From Pecten maximus (Eukaryota), in NCBI RefSeq assembly GCF_902652985.1, contig NC_047028.1:17422001-17486000 (forward strand): a stretch of 64,000 nt of DNA. Direction: 5' to 3'. This document shows, piece after piece, positions 40,129 to 54,342 of the stretch. The notes beneath the pieces were generated by a model. It ran no database searches. It was not told the origin of the DNA and saw only the letters and a program-made list of their open reading frames with translations. Position numbers and translations under genes: made by a program. Position 1 is the first letter of the stretch. Every line of letters starts with the position of its first letter.

Positions 40129-43100
40129 GTTTCATGCAGTTTGTTATATTAACTTTAACCATGTGAAAAATGACAGGCCTTTCAACCCTTGGGAAATTTA
40201 CTGCATCAAAGAAGAAGTTCAGGATGTCCTGGAATTAGCTGCTGATGGAAGTGAATTCCTCTAAATTTAGCTACTGTCATTCTGACATGGAGGCTATAAT
40301 TGGTCTGACTTTGAAACCTTTATCAAGTTTTTCAGCTTGACAACTGAAGGTCATTCTAATTAATTGTTGGAGTATTTTAACAAATATGGATTTGAGTTCT
40401 ATTGTTGAAGGGTGGTATTGGACAATGCTTGGTTAGCATTGATATTGGCTCTACACATTGGAGCACAGATGATTTTATCATTTTAATTTCAGAAAATATA
40501 TCCTTATTAAATAATATTTGGCCATAAGTTGTAGAGTCAAGATCAAACTTAATTTATTATTGGAAATCAGAAATTTTTATGATCTGACTGGAAATATTTA
40601 TCAATATGGAATATGAGTTTTAATTGTTTGCCCCAACAGATTCTGTGTATAGTGTACACATGTTTTTCCTATTGTACGTTGAATTATTTCACACTGAATA
40701 TGTCCCCTGTAGTAATATAAGTATGTACAGTTCAAGTGCCTACCAAGCAACGATGTGCTCTTTGCTCTGCTATATATATGATAAAAGTATTTGAAGTGCT
40801 TTTTCATAGCAGCTTGGTTAAAAGTTCATATATGTGCAGAAAATAAAAGTACCTCAAGTAGTTATCTCGGCCTTAATATAACCGAATCCTATAACATATA
40901 TTTTAGGCGTGCCCTGTCTTTTGCTATCTCTTTGAATCTTTAATTCGCATCAGAAGGGGAAATTTGGTCACAAGACATTTATTTTAGGCGTGTCTTGAAA
41001 TTTAACACAATTTTTAAGCATTTTTTCCCTTTTTTTTAAGTCGTCTGTGATCTGCTATCAGTAAAAAACGAACTTCGGCCACAGTAGTTGTTAAAATAGA
41101 CAGTATAGGAATGACCGCCTTTTCAATTTCCCGTATTGTCAGTTTTCATGAGGTGGACTCAGCACGTTGACTAAATAAAACAGCAGGAGCGGTGAAGATA
41201 CTTGTGATAGGGTGTTTAGCGGATCAATATTTGTATGCTTTTCCGAAGTTTTCTACAAATTAGCATCTCCAGATACACAAATATATATGCTGGAGGCTTC
41301 GCTAGTGTAGGTATTCTAAATCCACGTTAATCTCACGGTAGACGTGCTACAAATATTGTATGTGATATCTAGTCAACCCATCTGACACATAGATAACCTG
41401 GAGACATTATCATTCTAAAGATGGATTCATTTCAACAAATCACCAAGTCATTTTCCTCGCCAATTCTCTGTGTTGATCAGTTCTGAAACTTGTGACTGAA
41501 GATTGTATTGTGTACGGAATCATTCAGAAAGAACGTCAGTGGGATTTATAAAGTGGAAAAAAATGTGCTTGGAATATATTACACATTCCAAGTAGTTGGT
41601 TTGGTTGAAACAAAAGGTACTATTGGATTTCATCAAAGAGAAAAGCTGTGCTTGGAATAAATTGCAAGGATTTCAATTTTCATTGACAAATTAAACATTT
41701 TTGTGGTGTATTAAGTTACATGAATATAGCTTGTGTGGAAAGTGAAGTTTGGAAACTCAATCTGCTATGTTTCAAAAGTTTTACAAATTCTTAGTGAAAT
41801 GAGGAAGAACAGCAGACGGACACATTTGCCTGTTATAAAGACACTACAAAGTTAGGTCTTCATTTCATGTATGACACTGTGGTGCTGGGAAACTGAATTT
41901 GTCATTCAGAAGCAGATTCCATCAAGTGAGACATTGTTATACGTTTCTATTTCCCGTATGAGTATATCATTCTGTTTTTAGCTTATGTCTGAAAATGTTC
42001 TGCTTTCTGATATAACATTTCCCATAAATATATACATATATCCATAAACAGCCACTTCTTATGTGACATTAATATCATGACGATTTCTAGTTTGCTTTCA
42101 AATTCTTTAGATATATTTAGAAAATGCTCCATATAGGTACATATTGTATAGCATAGACTGGCATATCATGGTTTAGTGTAATTTTCATCAAGGAAGGCTT
42201 TGTTTTAATGTTTTGTATTTCAAAGAGCAAACTTCTAGATGATCCAATGAAAACTGTGCTTACAAATAGTAAAGGAAGATAAATGATTGTGTATCGTATT
42301 TGGTATAGTTATAATGGAAGATTTGGAGATGATCATTGAGAAATCACCAATGACTTTTGCTCTAGGGCTATTGGAACCCTGAGTGGAACGTCTACAACAA
42401 AAGAATATTGGACATTAATGTTACGTACCCTGCTAGTGCTGTAGTCAGTGTTAAGCTTCCACAGACAGACGTTTACACCAGTCACAATCTACACCACACC
42501 TCCGTGTATGAATTCTTAAAGAACTTTGCACATTTCGGTTCCTCTGTGCAATATTTGTCTCTTTCTCTTTGTTGTTTTGAGACTCAGCTCTGATACAGAA
42601 TTTTTCCCTGCTGTTTCCATGGATATTCAAGCTTCAGAGTGAACAATACAGCAAGATCATTTGTATGTTTTAATGCAAAGCTATAAATTGAATTGAAGAT
42701 TTTTGCTATGGAATCTATGGATCTGTGTTGATTTTAAAGGAGCTCTATTTGTCTTGAAATTTTTACTTTCAAAAGTGTACATTGGTGAAGTTATTCAATT
42801 TTGATCTACTGAAACTAAACTCTCCGATCTGGAAATACCTGTGTTTTAAGGTTTTATCCCAACTATGTCATGATCACCAATATGTTTGACTGAAAGTCAA
42901 ACTTAGAATGGAGGAGAACCTAACAACTTTGTGTTAATTGAGAGCAGTTATCTTGGATCCGTTTTACTTATATATCAACAGAAAAATCTTCCAAACATAG
43001 TTATACTCTGAACTTACAGAAACCACTTTTCTTTATAGTGTACTATGATCATTTGTTGAAAGAAACGAACAATCAGGTACTCAGCTTTGGAAAGTGTGGA

Positions 43101-44971
43101 TCAATTATTCACACTGCTGTCTTTTGACTGCTTGGAACAACTTTTTGTAAAGGAAAAAGGTTTTGTGTAGTAAATTGAATGTTCTCTCCCAAATCTTCTA
43201 ATGTGGATTTTGTAAGAATGTATTAATTTGCTACAAACCTGCACTTTTAGATATATATAATACCTGTATAGGTATACAGTTATTTCACACTATCCTGGTA
43301 AGGAATGTTGAAGGCCGGTTTGTCTATCAGTGATAGTGGGTCCCAGATGACCAGATACTGCCCCGAAGCCACTTGCCGCAAAATTGATGGAGAAGATACA
43401 GCAGACACTCAATGTACAAATCAATTGTGACAAAAGTTCACCCCCAATGTGCCATAACTTTATTCTTTTCTGACTTGATCATTAAGATAGCGGATGAAAC
43501 ATGTCTTCTATTTGGGATGTTGGATTTTTCTGTCTAAGTGATGAAATGCCATTGTACGTTTTAAGGCAGATGGTCTTACAGAGGGTGTGTGGAATATTTT
43601 GACCGCAAAAAATCAGTATAGAATTCCAACGGGTCTTGATATCAACAAGTTATATATTGACTAATCCATTCTACCCAGTTGTGAAAATAAGCACTACATA
43701 GATGCTGGGAAGTAATTGTGTGATTTACAAGAGGCAAGGAATCATTTAAAACTTTAGACACTATCTTGATTAGTTTGAATATATTTCTTTCTTGTATAAA
43801 TAGACACAGAAGAATTACTTTTTGCAAATGGATATTTGCCTTGTGAAGTTTTGTTGCTTCAAGTGAATGGGAGTTTTTTGTTTTTTTTTTGAGGAAATTA
43901 TTGTAAATGACAGTTACATGCAGAGGTTCTCAAAAATTTCCCTGTTTGTGTGATTGACCTTTAGGAAATCTGATGTGAAAAACATTAATAGTGGTTTATA
44001 TATAGATCTCCGGGGAAAAGTGACCCTGTGGCAGAGTAAACATTGGTCTAGTGTTGTATTTGTGTTCAACCGAAATACACCAGACTGAAAGATGGAGGTC
44101 AGCAGGGGGGCTGCCATTTAGTTCATGGTTTACTGTATATAAACATTCAACTTTGTCGTGCATCTCTCAGGATTTATGGAAATATGTGACTTCAGATCGG
44201 GAATCCCATGTTGTGTTGTAAAAAACTTGATGGACCAACCAAACAGCGGGAGACATTTCATTGTTGTGGAGTCGTATATTTGGGGAATAACTACCAACTG
44301 ATATTAAAACCACAGTGTGTTACATAAAAAACAATAAAACTCAAGGAAATCTGATTGAGTCTTTAATAATTAAAATCTGTAACTCAAATTGTCACTGAAG
44401 GATCACAAAAGGAAAAAAAACTGAATTGTGGTTCGGATTGACTTTTCACATGTCTAGCAAATGAAGTGCTGGCATTTGAAATGTTTTCTAGGATTAAAAA
44501 GAAATTAAGAAATTTCTAGGATTTAAAATAAGGTTGGATGTTTCAAGGATTTTAAAGCAAGTTTGGAGATGAAGAGATATTTACTAATTATGGGAAGTAC
44601 CCTTTGTTTCCTGATTTAGTTTTAGAATCGACACTTGTGTATAGGAGCGTAAAGTATTAGCAGTTGAGAGAATTTAGTGAGAATTTTCCCCACTCAACAT
44701 CTGAAGGCAACGACCTTTCTGAAAATGTCTGGTTTTTGCTTATCTGTATGAATTAATGGATTTGGAGGAAATTAATGAGTGATAAATTGCTGGAAGAAAA
44801 AATCAAAATTTGATTACTTTCTCAGATGCACTTTACATACAAAATTATTTGAGAAAGTTTCATAAATATGACGATATCTTGGAGCTGATGCAGAGAATTG
44901 TAGCATAAAATTGTGTGTGAACGGAGTATGATTGGACATTGCCCTTGAGAAACCGTTTTAACGACAGTACA

Positions 44972-45031
44972 ATGGCTCTGATGTACCTGGCCCAGATGGT
45001 TACCAGTAAATTTGTGGATTTCAGACAACAG
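44972..45031 (+). CDS. Candidate alternative first coding exon of DOCK (MALMYLAQMVTSKFVDFRQQ)
   Basis: ACA-ATG-G Kozak context, 20 codons, CAG|GTAATT phase-0 donor compatible with exon 2. Confidence 0.45.
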
Positions 45032-45110
45032 GTAATTATTCTATTCTTTTTATCTCACTTAGAGCTGCATTGTGTAGTTTATGATATTCAGGAGGTGTTT
45101 AAAATGCAGT

Positions 45111-46283
45111 AGTGGGGGGGATGGGGTTTGGGTGGGTAGTTGGGCTGGGCTTATGTGGGGTGGGGGTTGGGGTGGGGGTTGGGTTTATGTGGGGTGGGGG
45201 TTGGGGTGTTGGGTTGGGTTTATGTGGGGTGGGGGTTGGGGTTGGGGTGTTGGTTGGGTTTATGTGGGGTGGGGTTTGGGGTGTTGGGTTGGGTTTATGT
45301 GGGGTGGGGGTAGGGGTGTTGGGTTGGGTTTATGTGGGGTGGGGGTAGGGGTGTTGGGTTGGGTTTATGTGGGGTGGGGGTTGGGGTGGGTGTAAACAGG
45401 GTGGGTATGTGGTGGGGTTGGGGGTTAGGGTAGTGTATATGGTGGGATGGGGTGGAAGGGTGGGTGTATATGAAATGGAGTGGGATGGAGAATGGAAAAA
45501 TAGGTGTTGGGTTAGATTCATGTGTGGTGGGGGGTTGGGATGGGTGTATGGTGGGGTGGGATGGAAAGATGGGTGTATGTGGGATTGGGGATGGGGAGAT
45601 GGGGTGTTGGGTTAGATTCAAGTGTGGTGTGGTGGGGGGTTGGGATGGGTGTATGGTGGGTAGGGATGGAAGGGGTGGGTGTATGTGGGATTGGGGATGG
45701 GGAGATGGGGTGTTGGGTTAGATTTAAGTGTGGTGTGGTGGGGGGTTGGGATGGGTGTATGGTGGGTAGGGATTGAAGGGTGGGTGTATGGTGGGGTGGG
45801 ATGGAAGGGTGGGTGTATGGTGGGGTGGGATGGAAAGATGGGTGTATGGTGGGTAGGGATGGAAGGGTGGGTGTATGGTGGGGTGGGATGGAAAGATGGG
45901 TGTATGGTGGGTAGGGATGGAAGGGTGTGTGTATGTAGGATTGGGGATGGGGAAATGGGGTGTTGGGTTAGATTCAAGTGTGATGTGGTGGGGGGTTGGG
46001 ATGGGTGTATGGTGGGTAGGGATGGAAGGGTGTGTGTATGTAGGATTGGGGATGGGGAAATGGGGTGTTGGGTTAGATTCAAGTGTGATGTGGTGGGGGG
46101 TTGGGATGGGTGTATGGTGGGTAGGGATGGAAGGGTGGGTGTATTTGGGATTGAGGATTGGGAGATGGGGTGTTGGGTTAGATTCATATGGGGTGGGGTG
46201 AAGGGGTGGATGTGTGTGGTGGGGGTTGGGTGGGTGTAAGTAGGGTGGGTATGTGGTTGGGTTGGGGTTAGGGTAGTGTATGG
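45111..46283. repeat. Composite G/T-rich repeat
   Basis: GGGTTGGGTTTATGTGGGGTGGGGG units followed by ~100-bp GGGATGG-rich units. Confidence 0.95.
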
Positions 46284-47573
46284 TCCTATATGGATACCGT
46301 CATAAAAGAACAAACATCTAGCTGACTTTAACCTGTTGTAAAACACATGTTTGCATTAGGTCTATAAGAGATTGATACTTGAGTACCATAAATTTTGGGG
46401 AAGTATGTGTATAACTGATAACTTTAAATATAAAATCTAAAATATACATAAATCAAATGTGCATATATAAAGCACTTCAGTCAACTCAGAACAGTAGTCA
46501 CTGTTTAAATGTGAACATCTGAATTTCCTGCTGCCTTAGTGAGAATTTCTCCGATGTCCTGAGCACAAAGTTGCTGGGACCATGAAGTAAGCATTAATGC
46601 CAATTTTTTTTCAGTTTCATAGGGGTATGAAAATTTTTTTTTCTTAAATTTAATTGGCAATTAGCTTCATTACTTTAAAAAGGAGAACAGGGAGCAAACA
46701 TGTTTTACATTCATCAGTATTAGGAAAATTATTTTCAATAGATTGATGACGACAACGACAATGATGACTTTTGCGATATACATATATTCATGTGAAATGA
46801 AATCAATGTATAATTATGCTTTGTGTTGTATTGAAAATCTTGAAAAATGAAAAATAAATAGAAAATAAATTGTACACAAAATTTCATGAATCAGATTTAT
46901 TATACAGTTAGAAAATAGATTTCATTTGTCAAGGTAGATTTCATGAAGTGCTTGATGTAGAGATCTTGTATGTCGATCATTTACATGTAGAAGGCTAGGG
47001 CCCGTAGAAAGGATTACCCAGCAGTATCAATAAGAGGTAGAAGTAAATCTCATTCTGGACTGGGACAAATCAATAAGCCTTCCTTAATATCTTAATTATT
47101 CATCATAATAGGGGACTATGTTGGTGTATAGTTAAATGGAAGGTCAAGGTGTGGTCAGATGGTATCGATGATTCTGCTGAAAAGTGTTTGCCTGCCCACA
47201 TGTGTGTGAAGGAGGATTTTTAAAAAAAAGTTTTGGACATTCAGGGATTGTTTGACGGGGGATAACTATATTCCAACTTAATTAGGTAGTTAAGACTTAG
47301 TGTTGTCTTAGTGTTAACAATATTTGCTCATGAGATCATAAACTTTTATAGTGTTATCTGACTGAAATATCACAACCATGCCTAATACCATCGATAATCC
47401 TGTTATGCTGAGTGACAGTTTATAGTGTTGTCTGACTGAAACATCACAGCCATGCCTATACCATTGATAATCCTGTTATGCTGAGTGACTAAGTGAGTAT
47501 TGTAATAAACCTTTACAATCAAACAAATAACCATCAAGTCGTTCATCTATCTAAAACATCAAAATGGGTGGTA

Positions 47574-47700
47574 GGGTGGCACAGTGGTAACACACTTGCC
47601 TTTCACCTAGGTGGCAGGGGTTCGATTTCCTGATGGGATGTGAAAATGTTGGGGTCACTTGCCTGGATTTGTAAGGGTATTCCAGTTTCTTCTATCACTA
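47574..47700 (+). mobile_element. SINE 5' part, same family as 569-825
   Basis: GGGTGGCACAGTGGTAACACAC..CTTTCACCTAGG..GGTTCGAT shared with the copy at 569. Confidence 0.75.
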
Positions 47701-47715
47701 AGGGGAGGGGGGGAC

Positions 47716-48010
47716 GTGTGTGATAGCTCAGTCAGTTAGAACACTGGCCACATTACCTCAGGTGAACATCTGAGGTGTACGGTCCAATGCTCCCTACCCA
47801 TGTTGGTTTAATTGGTGTTTCTCAGGAAGCTGAGAAACTGGCTGGTCTGTGCTGATGTGGTTGTGTCCTTTGGCAAGACACTTAAGCCTATTTGCTCTTG
47901 ATGGCATGTAAAGGGCCACCTTTATGTTGTTCAGTCACTAACTACTACAAGGAGATCCTGCTGCAAAATTACCCTAGCTGTTCGCTGGGTGATGAAATGG
48001 AAAATAATTA
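47716..48010 (+). mobile_element. Degenerate CORE-type SINE
   Basis: tRNA-like head GATAGCTCAGTCAGTTAGAAC and CORE-like GTTGTGTCCTTTGGCAAGACACTTAA. Confidence 0.65.
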
Positions 48011-48032
48011 ACAATATAAAAACACAGTGAAG

Positions 48033-48935
48033 TGACACCCTGTGTAACACAACATGTTGGTCAGATAAACCTGTCTAATCTGACACCCTGTGTAACACAA
48101 CATGTTGGTCAGATAAACCTGTCTAATCTGACATCCTGTGGAGCACAACATGTTGGTCAGATAAACCTGTCCAATCTGACACCCTGTGGAGCACAACATG
48201 TTGGTCAGATTACCTGTCTAATCTGACATCATGTGGAGCACAACATGTTGGTCAGATAAACCTGTCCAATCTGACACCCTGTGGAGCACAACATGTTGGT
48301 CAGATTACCTGTCTAATCTGACTCCCTGTGGAACACAACATAATGGTCTGATCAATATGTCTAATCTGACACCTTGTGTGACAACATATTGGTCAGCTTA
48401 ACCTGTCTAATCTGACACCCTGTGGAGCACAACATATTTATCAGATAAACCTGTCTAATCTGACACCTTGTGTGACAACATATTGGTCAGCTTAACCTGT
48501 CTAATCTGACACCCTGTGGAGCACAACATATTTATCAGATAAACCTGTCTAATCTGACACCCTGTGGAGCACAACATATTTATCAGATAAACCTGTCTAA
48601 TCTGATACCCTGTGGAGCACAACATGTTGGTCAGATTACCTGTCTAATCTGACTCCCTGTGGAGCACAACATGTTGGTCAGATAAACCTATCTTATCTGA
48701 CACCCTGTGGAGCACAACATGTTGGTCAGATAAACCTATCCAATCTGACACCTTGTGTGACAACATATTGGTCAGATTAACCTGTCTAATCTGACTCCTT
48801 GTGACAACATATTGGTCAGATTAACCTGTCTAGTCAGACACCTTGTAGGACACAACATGTTGGTCAGATTACCTTCAAATCTGACTCCCTGTGGAACACA
48901 ACATATTGGTCACATTTTCCTGTCTAATCTGACAT
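48033..48935. repeat. ~48-bp minisatellite, ~19 copies
   Basis: Unit TGACACCCTGTGGAGCACAACATGTTGGTCAGATAAACCTGTCTAATC. Confidence 0.96.
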
Positions 48936-49803
48936 CAAAGGGCAAAAATATGAATTCAAAAATTCATATAACATACATTGTTTAGAAATAAAAACATCTG
49001 TTTTGAAATTTGAGTTGATATGAATTTGGTCCATGGTTGTGTTATATTATCACATGAGAAGGCCGCATGTCACTGTAGCTTGTAACGAGGAAAAAGAGGT
49101 TACAGAAATCTTTACAGAAAATGCGAGATGAAAGTCCTACTGCGTTCCTGCCCACGATAATACTCCTAGATCCTTCATCCCTGATCAAAGTGCCAAGTTT
49201 TTTAAAAGGGAAAGTGATAGAAAGAATTGCTTACCCAGAGGGGATTTATAAGGGGGCCCACATGGCCCAACCTGAATTCTTTCTGATTTTGTTTTTTCAA
49301 ATGTCTTTCTCATAATTTCTTAAAAGTTTACCTTCTCCATTTAAGACTAGGGCATCCTTCCTTTAAGAAATGCTGGATTATAATGTATGAGTTATAGATA
49401 ATTCCTTAGGGAGCCTGCCTGTTGTATATTCACAGATCTAGAATCCTCTTCCTGTGTGTTATAAATGACTGGAGTGACTCCCATTGTTAAAGTCAAGACT
49501 TGCCAAATGTATCGTATATACTGGTACAATAGGGTTTTGTGTGTCAGACATCTGAGAGTAGTTCGTTATCACAGGTGTTAAGTTACACAGGTGTGTCCTA
49601 GGGCCTCCATATATACGTACTAGTGTTTATATTCTGACTCGTTGATGATGAGACTTGTTGTGTTTACCTGTTGGAATGTGACCTCTAATTAATATGTATA
49701 TATATATGTACAGCTAAAAATATGTCACATGAATTAAGGTGAATTTAACGCTTCCTTAGCCTTGGATATATGTGTGCTGTTTTTATTCGGGTTATATAGG
49801 GAA

Positions 49804-49842
49804 ATGTTGCAGTTTGTGTCAAGGAGTCATAAAAAGCCTAAG
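49804..49842 (+). CDS. Candidate alternative first coding exon of DOCK (MLQFVSRSHKKPK)
   Basis: GAA-ATG, 13 codons, AAG|GTAAAT phase-0 donor. Short enough to arise by chance. Confidence 0.3.
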
Positions 49843-50234
49843 GTAAATATGTGTATAAATATTTCTCTGAATTTAATTTTCCTGAAATTTCAGACTCTTT
49901 TGATGCTTTTGCAAAAAAACTCGAACATCATTATTTAAGAATCTCTTGGGGATTGTTTTTATAGGTTGTTAATTATAAATAGTGTTGTTTTGTTGTACAT
50001 TTGTGTATACGTATGATATAAAAAGTTATAAAACTGACAAAGCAATGGTTGAAGGCTAGACATAATTAGCATGATCACATTCTTTAGATGCTTGTAGGTA
50101 TAGATAGGAGCAGAGGTAGGTATAGATATCTTATGTTTACTGGAGTATTATAAAAACAGAAATGTGAAATACAGCAAAAGAATGCAATGACCTTAAGGAT
50201 TGGAGTACTCATATGAAGGATGGAGGTACCCCCG

Positions 50235-51389
50235 GTACTAGTGGAGGACAGGGGTAGCTAGTGGAGGATGGGGGTACTAGTGGAGGATGGGGGTACTAGT
50301 GAGGATGGGGTACTAGTGGAGGATGGGGGTACTAGTGGAGGATGGGGGTACTAGTGGAGGACAGGGGTACTTGTGGAGGATGGGGGTACTAGTGGAGGAT
50401 GGTACTAGTGGAGGATGGGGGTACCAGTGGATGACAAGGGTGCTAGTGGAGGACGGGGGTAGCTAATGAAGGATGGGGGTACTAGTGGAGGATGGGGGTA
50501 CTAGTGAAGGATGGGGGTACTAGTGGAGGATGGGGGTACTAGTGGAGGATGGGGGTACTAGTGGAGGATGGGGGTACTAGTGGAGGACAGGGGTAGCTAG
50601 TGAAGGATGGGGGTACTAGTGCAGGATGGGGGTACTAGTGGAGGATGGGGGTACTAGTGGAGGATGGGGTACTAGTGGAGGACAGGGGTAGCTAGTGAAG
50701 GATGGGGGTACTAGTGCAGGATGGGGGTACTAGTGGAGGATGGGGGTGTGAGGGGCTAGTAGATGGGGATGGGGGGTACTAGTGGAGGATGGGGATGTTG
50801 GGGTACTAGTGGAGGATGGGGGTACTGTGAGGATGGGGGTACTAGTAGAGGTGGGGGTACTAGTGGGAGTGGGGGTCTAGTGGAGGATGGGGGTTAGGAA
50901 TGGGGGTACTAGTAGAGGAATGGTGGTACTAGTGGAAGGATGGGGGTACCTGAGTAAGGTAGGGTACTAGTGGAGGATGGGGGTACTAGTGCAGGATGGG
51001 GGTACTAGTGGAGGATGGGGGTACTAGTAGAGGATGGGGGTACTAGTGGAGGATGGGGGTACTAGTGGAGGATGGGGGTACTAGTGGAGGATGGGGGTAC
51101 TAGTGGAGGATGGGGGTACTAGTGGAGGATGGGGGTACTAGTGGAGGATGGGGGTACTAGTAGAGGATGGGGTACTAGTAGAGGATGGGGGTACTAGTGG
51201 AGGATGGGGGTACTAGTAGAGGATGGTACTAGTGGAGGATGGGGGTACTAGTGGAGGATGGTACTAGTGGAGGATGGGGGTACTAGTGGATGACAAGGGT
51301 GCTAGTGGAGGATGGGGGTACTAGTGGAGGATTGGGGTACTAGTGGAGGATGGGGGTACTAGTGGAGGATGGGGGTACTAGTGGAGGAT
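50235..51389. repeat. 19-bp G-rich minisatellite
   Basis: Unit GGGGGTACTAGTGGAGGAT. Confidence 0.96.
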
Positions 51390-54342
51390 TCAGTCAAATA
51401 CTATTTCCTTCTCCTGAAATAAGCTCAACCCCTACTTTGTGTTGGCCACTGGGCTTTATGCAGTATAAATACGGTAAGAGGAGTGTGACTTGATGGTAGG
51501 GCAGAGGGACTTATGTTCACATGATGATCTCATGTTGGTAGATAAATTGATATAATAAAAAAGATAGGAGTCTAGATTTGAATCCCAGATTGAATGATGG
51601 TTGACAATATTTACATGTTTGCACCCTGGCATTTCAAGCGATTACACAGAATGTCTGTATCCAGACACTGACCAGTTATGTTAATGATATAAATTATCCT
51701 ACATTATTTCAATTACCAATAATGCTGGATGTCTCATCTTGTTGGTGGCCCATTTATTGTGTTGACACCATCTGTGTTTACACATAATAAACCATACAGT
51801 ACACACTTGTCTTTACAACTTGATTTATTTTGCGGAGACAGTGTATTTTGGATGATATTTTATCATCATGCATAGCGATAGATAATTATTTGTGATCATA
51901 AGAATTGTCTTCGACCAATTTGTATACTTTTTTAAACCAATGATTGAAATAGTACCTAATTAGGGCCTCATATTAGTTATATTTGTCTGTATACATTTCC
52001 CTTAATGTACTTTATCTGCCAGAAATTTTTATTTCTGTTGAATCTATTGATACATTGTGAAATATTGGTATGCAACCAGGGATATACACAAGGTCAAGGT
52101 CATATCCGTTCTAAAAATAGAACTGATAACTTGTTAACGATACAAGTGGTCATTTCTTACCTATTTGTTCATTTTTTAAGCATTATTTAAAATCTTATTC
52201 AGAATGGGGCAGAATTTCAGTCTTTGGAAGGGCACAGTATCCTTTTCTTAATTCAATAATGCCTTGTCGCCTTTTGTGCAGGTGGGTGGAACAAATAAAA
52301 TGAAAACTTGTAACTATGGCAACAAGTATGTGTAAAGACAATAGAGTAGGAAAATATGAGTCCTGTTGAAAAAAACTGTTTTAACAACTTTGAGAGACAG
52401 ATACCATTTAGATATATAATTTGATGTTTGGTTAGCTGTAAACAATTGAAAGACAAGTTTTTTCTCCGAAATACAATTGTTTTCTTTTTCTTTTTTTTCT
52501 CTATCTTTATATAATTATCATCAAATCATATATATCAGCTGATCTGTTTAACTTCCAAGACAAAAGATTTCCATTACCAACAAACGCAGAGAAGATCCAG
52601 TGAAACAGTTGTTGTTACAGAAACAAATTATGGGATGGAATTTATTTGGACCATCAGGTGGTTTATCCATTATACAAATACAAAGCCTCTTTCCATCCAT
52701 CTTTTTATTGTAGATAAAGGCTGTGTGTAGTTTTTACCAGGCATGCTATCGTTATTTTCCATGAGTGTTTATTTTGTTTGTAGATAGGTCTGTACAAAGA
52801 TCTATACACAATCTGTAAACAATAGCAGAAATCAGACCTGTGAAGAAGTATACTGACCATTTAACTTAATTAGCAGGTGCTCCAATTATAAACATTCCTT
52901 GTAACTGAAAAGAATTTCTGGAGTTTAGATCATTTTCAGATATATAAATAAATAAAAGTTGTTTTATAACTGTGTGGGCACATCTAGAAGATGTTGAAAA
53001 AAACAGTTAATCAGAAAAAATGGATTCCTTAAATGAAAATTTACAAAACTGCAATTTTGTTTCTATGAGCATATATATCATATCCGTTTATTCTGTTTCC
53101 TACTCTCTGAATATATGTTGGGTAGGCAGTATATCCTTTTGTCATGCTCCATTATATACAGAGTTACAGCCCTTTGATAAAAACATATCCTTGCCAAAAT
53201 CTATGCAGTTCACCCAATACCAGGCAAATTGTATGTGTTGATGTTGGTTGTAAAACTCTTTTTAGAAGAAGGTATATATGCCACAGTAGAGTAGCATATG
53301 CCTTTAAATTAAAATTCAGAACTAATATTCAAGCTGACAAATCCCAATGCTGAAGATATTATTGATCATTATTAGAGCGTGGGAGATTTTTCCACAGGCA
53401 GCCGTTTTGTAATTAGGCAGAAAACAAGTAATCTGTCAATCAAATGGATGAAGACAAGACATAGGTCAGAGTGTCCTGATGTATTGTACAAGGGCCCCAG
53501 GTGTCAAATGTACTAGATATGTACATGAATTTACTCTGATATTTGAAGGCATCATATGAAGCATTGGGCATCTATTTCTGAAAAAGCATTTGATGCTAAG
53601 AAATGAAGATCTTACATGATTGGCTATTTTGTATGGAATTTATTAAATGAGTTCAATAATTTGTTGAACAAGTGTGATAAAACTCCTTATGTAAGATTAT
53701 GTTTATCACATAACTCATATTTATGAAAATGTAAATGAAAACCTTCAAATTTGTTTTTTGAATATTTATAACGTGGAAGTAGTGCTATTACATACATGTC
53801 TAATGATATTTGTGACATAGCTGTCTTGTATGGTAGATTAGGCTAGTTACGGATAAGTGACAGTCTTACAGTTGTATCACTGTTTATTATGTACAAAGTT
53901 TTACCTGGCAGAAAGGTGTAATGATTGGCTGTTGGCACCATGATAAACCCTTTGGAATTTATTGTCTTTCTGATATAAAAAGTTTTTTGTTTTAATATTC
54001 TAATGCAAAATATATCTTCGAAAAACAAAGCTGAAATCTTTATTTCTTAATTACCTGATTGTTTGTGCATCAATCTACCAAAGCAGAGCCATACAAAAAA
54101 GACGTTTCAAAAACATAATTTTTGTATATCTCAAAGATTCTATTGAAGTTTACATTTTGATGTATAATCTTGACCTTGAAAGAAGATATAGGTAACTTGA
54201 CCTTGGATATATATATGGATTGGGGATAGAATGTGACATATGATGGACAAATCTTGTGATGTATAACACACATGTATGGTAGATCTAGTCACCAGTAGTA
54301 GGATACTATATACAGGCTTATCAGTTGTAGGGTCTCATTCAG

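Noticed and set aside
43179-43303. Coding alternative exon ending at CTG|GTAAGG
   Set aside because: All nearby ATGs hit stops or are out of phase. At most a non-coding exon.
45081-46346. Multiple overlapping G/W/V-rich and P/T/H-rich ORFs
   Set aside because: Low-complexity repeat open in many frames on both strands.
48033-48935. p53 response-element array (CAACATGTTG)
   Set aside because: Only 8/10 match to a single half-site and no paired half-sites.
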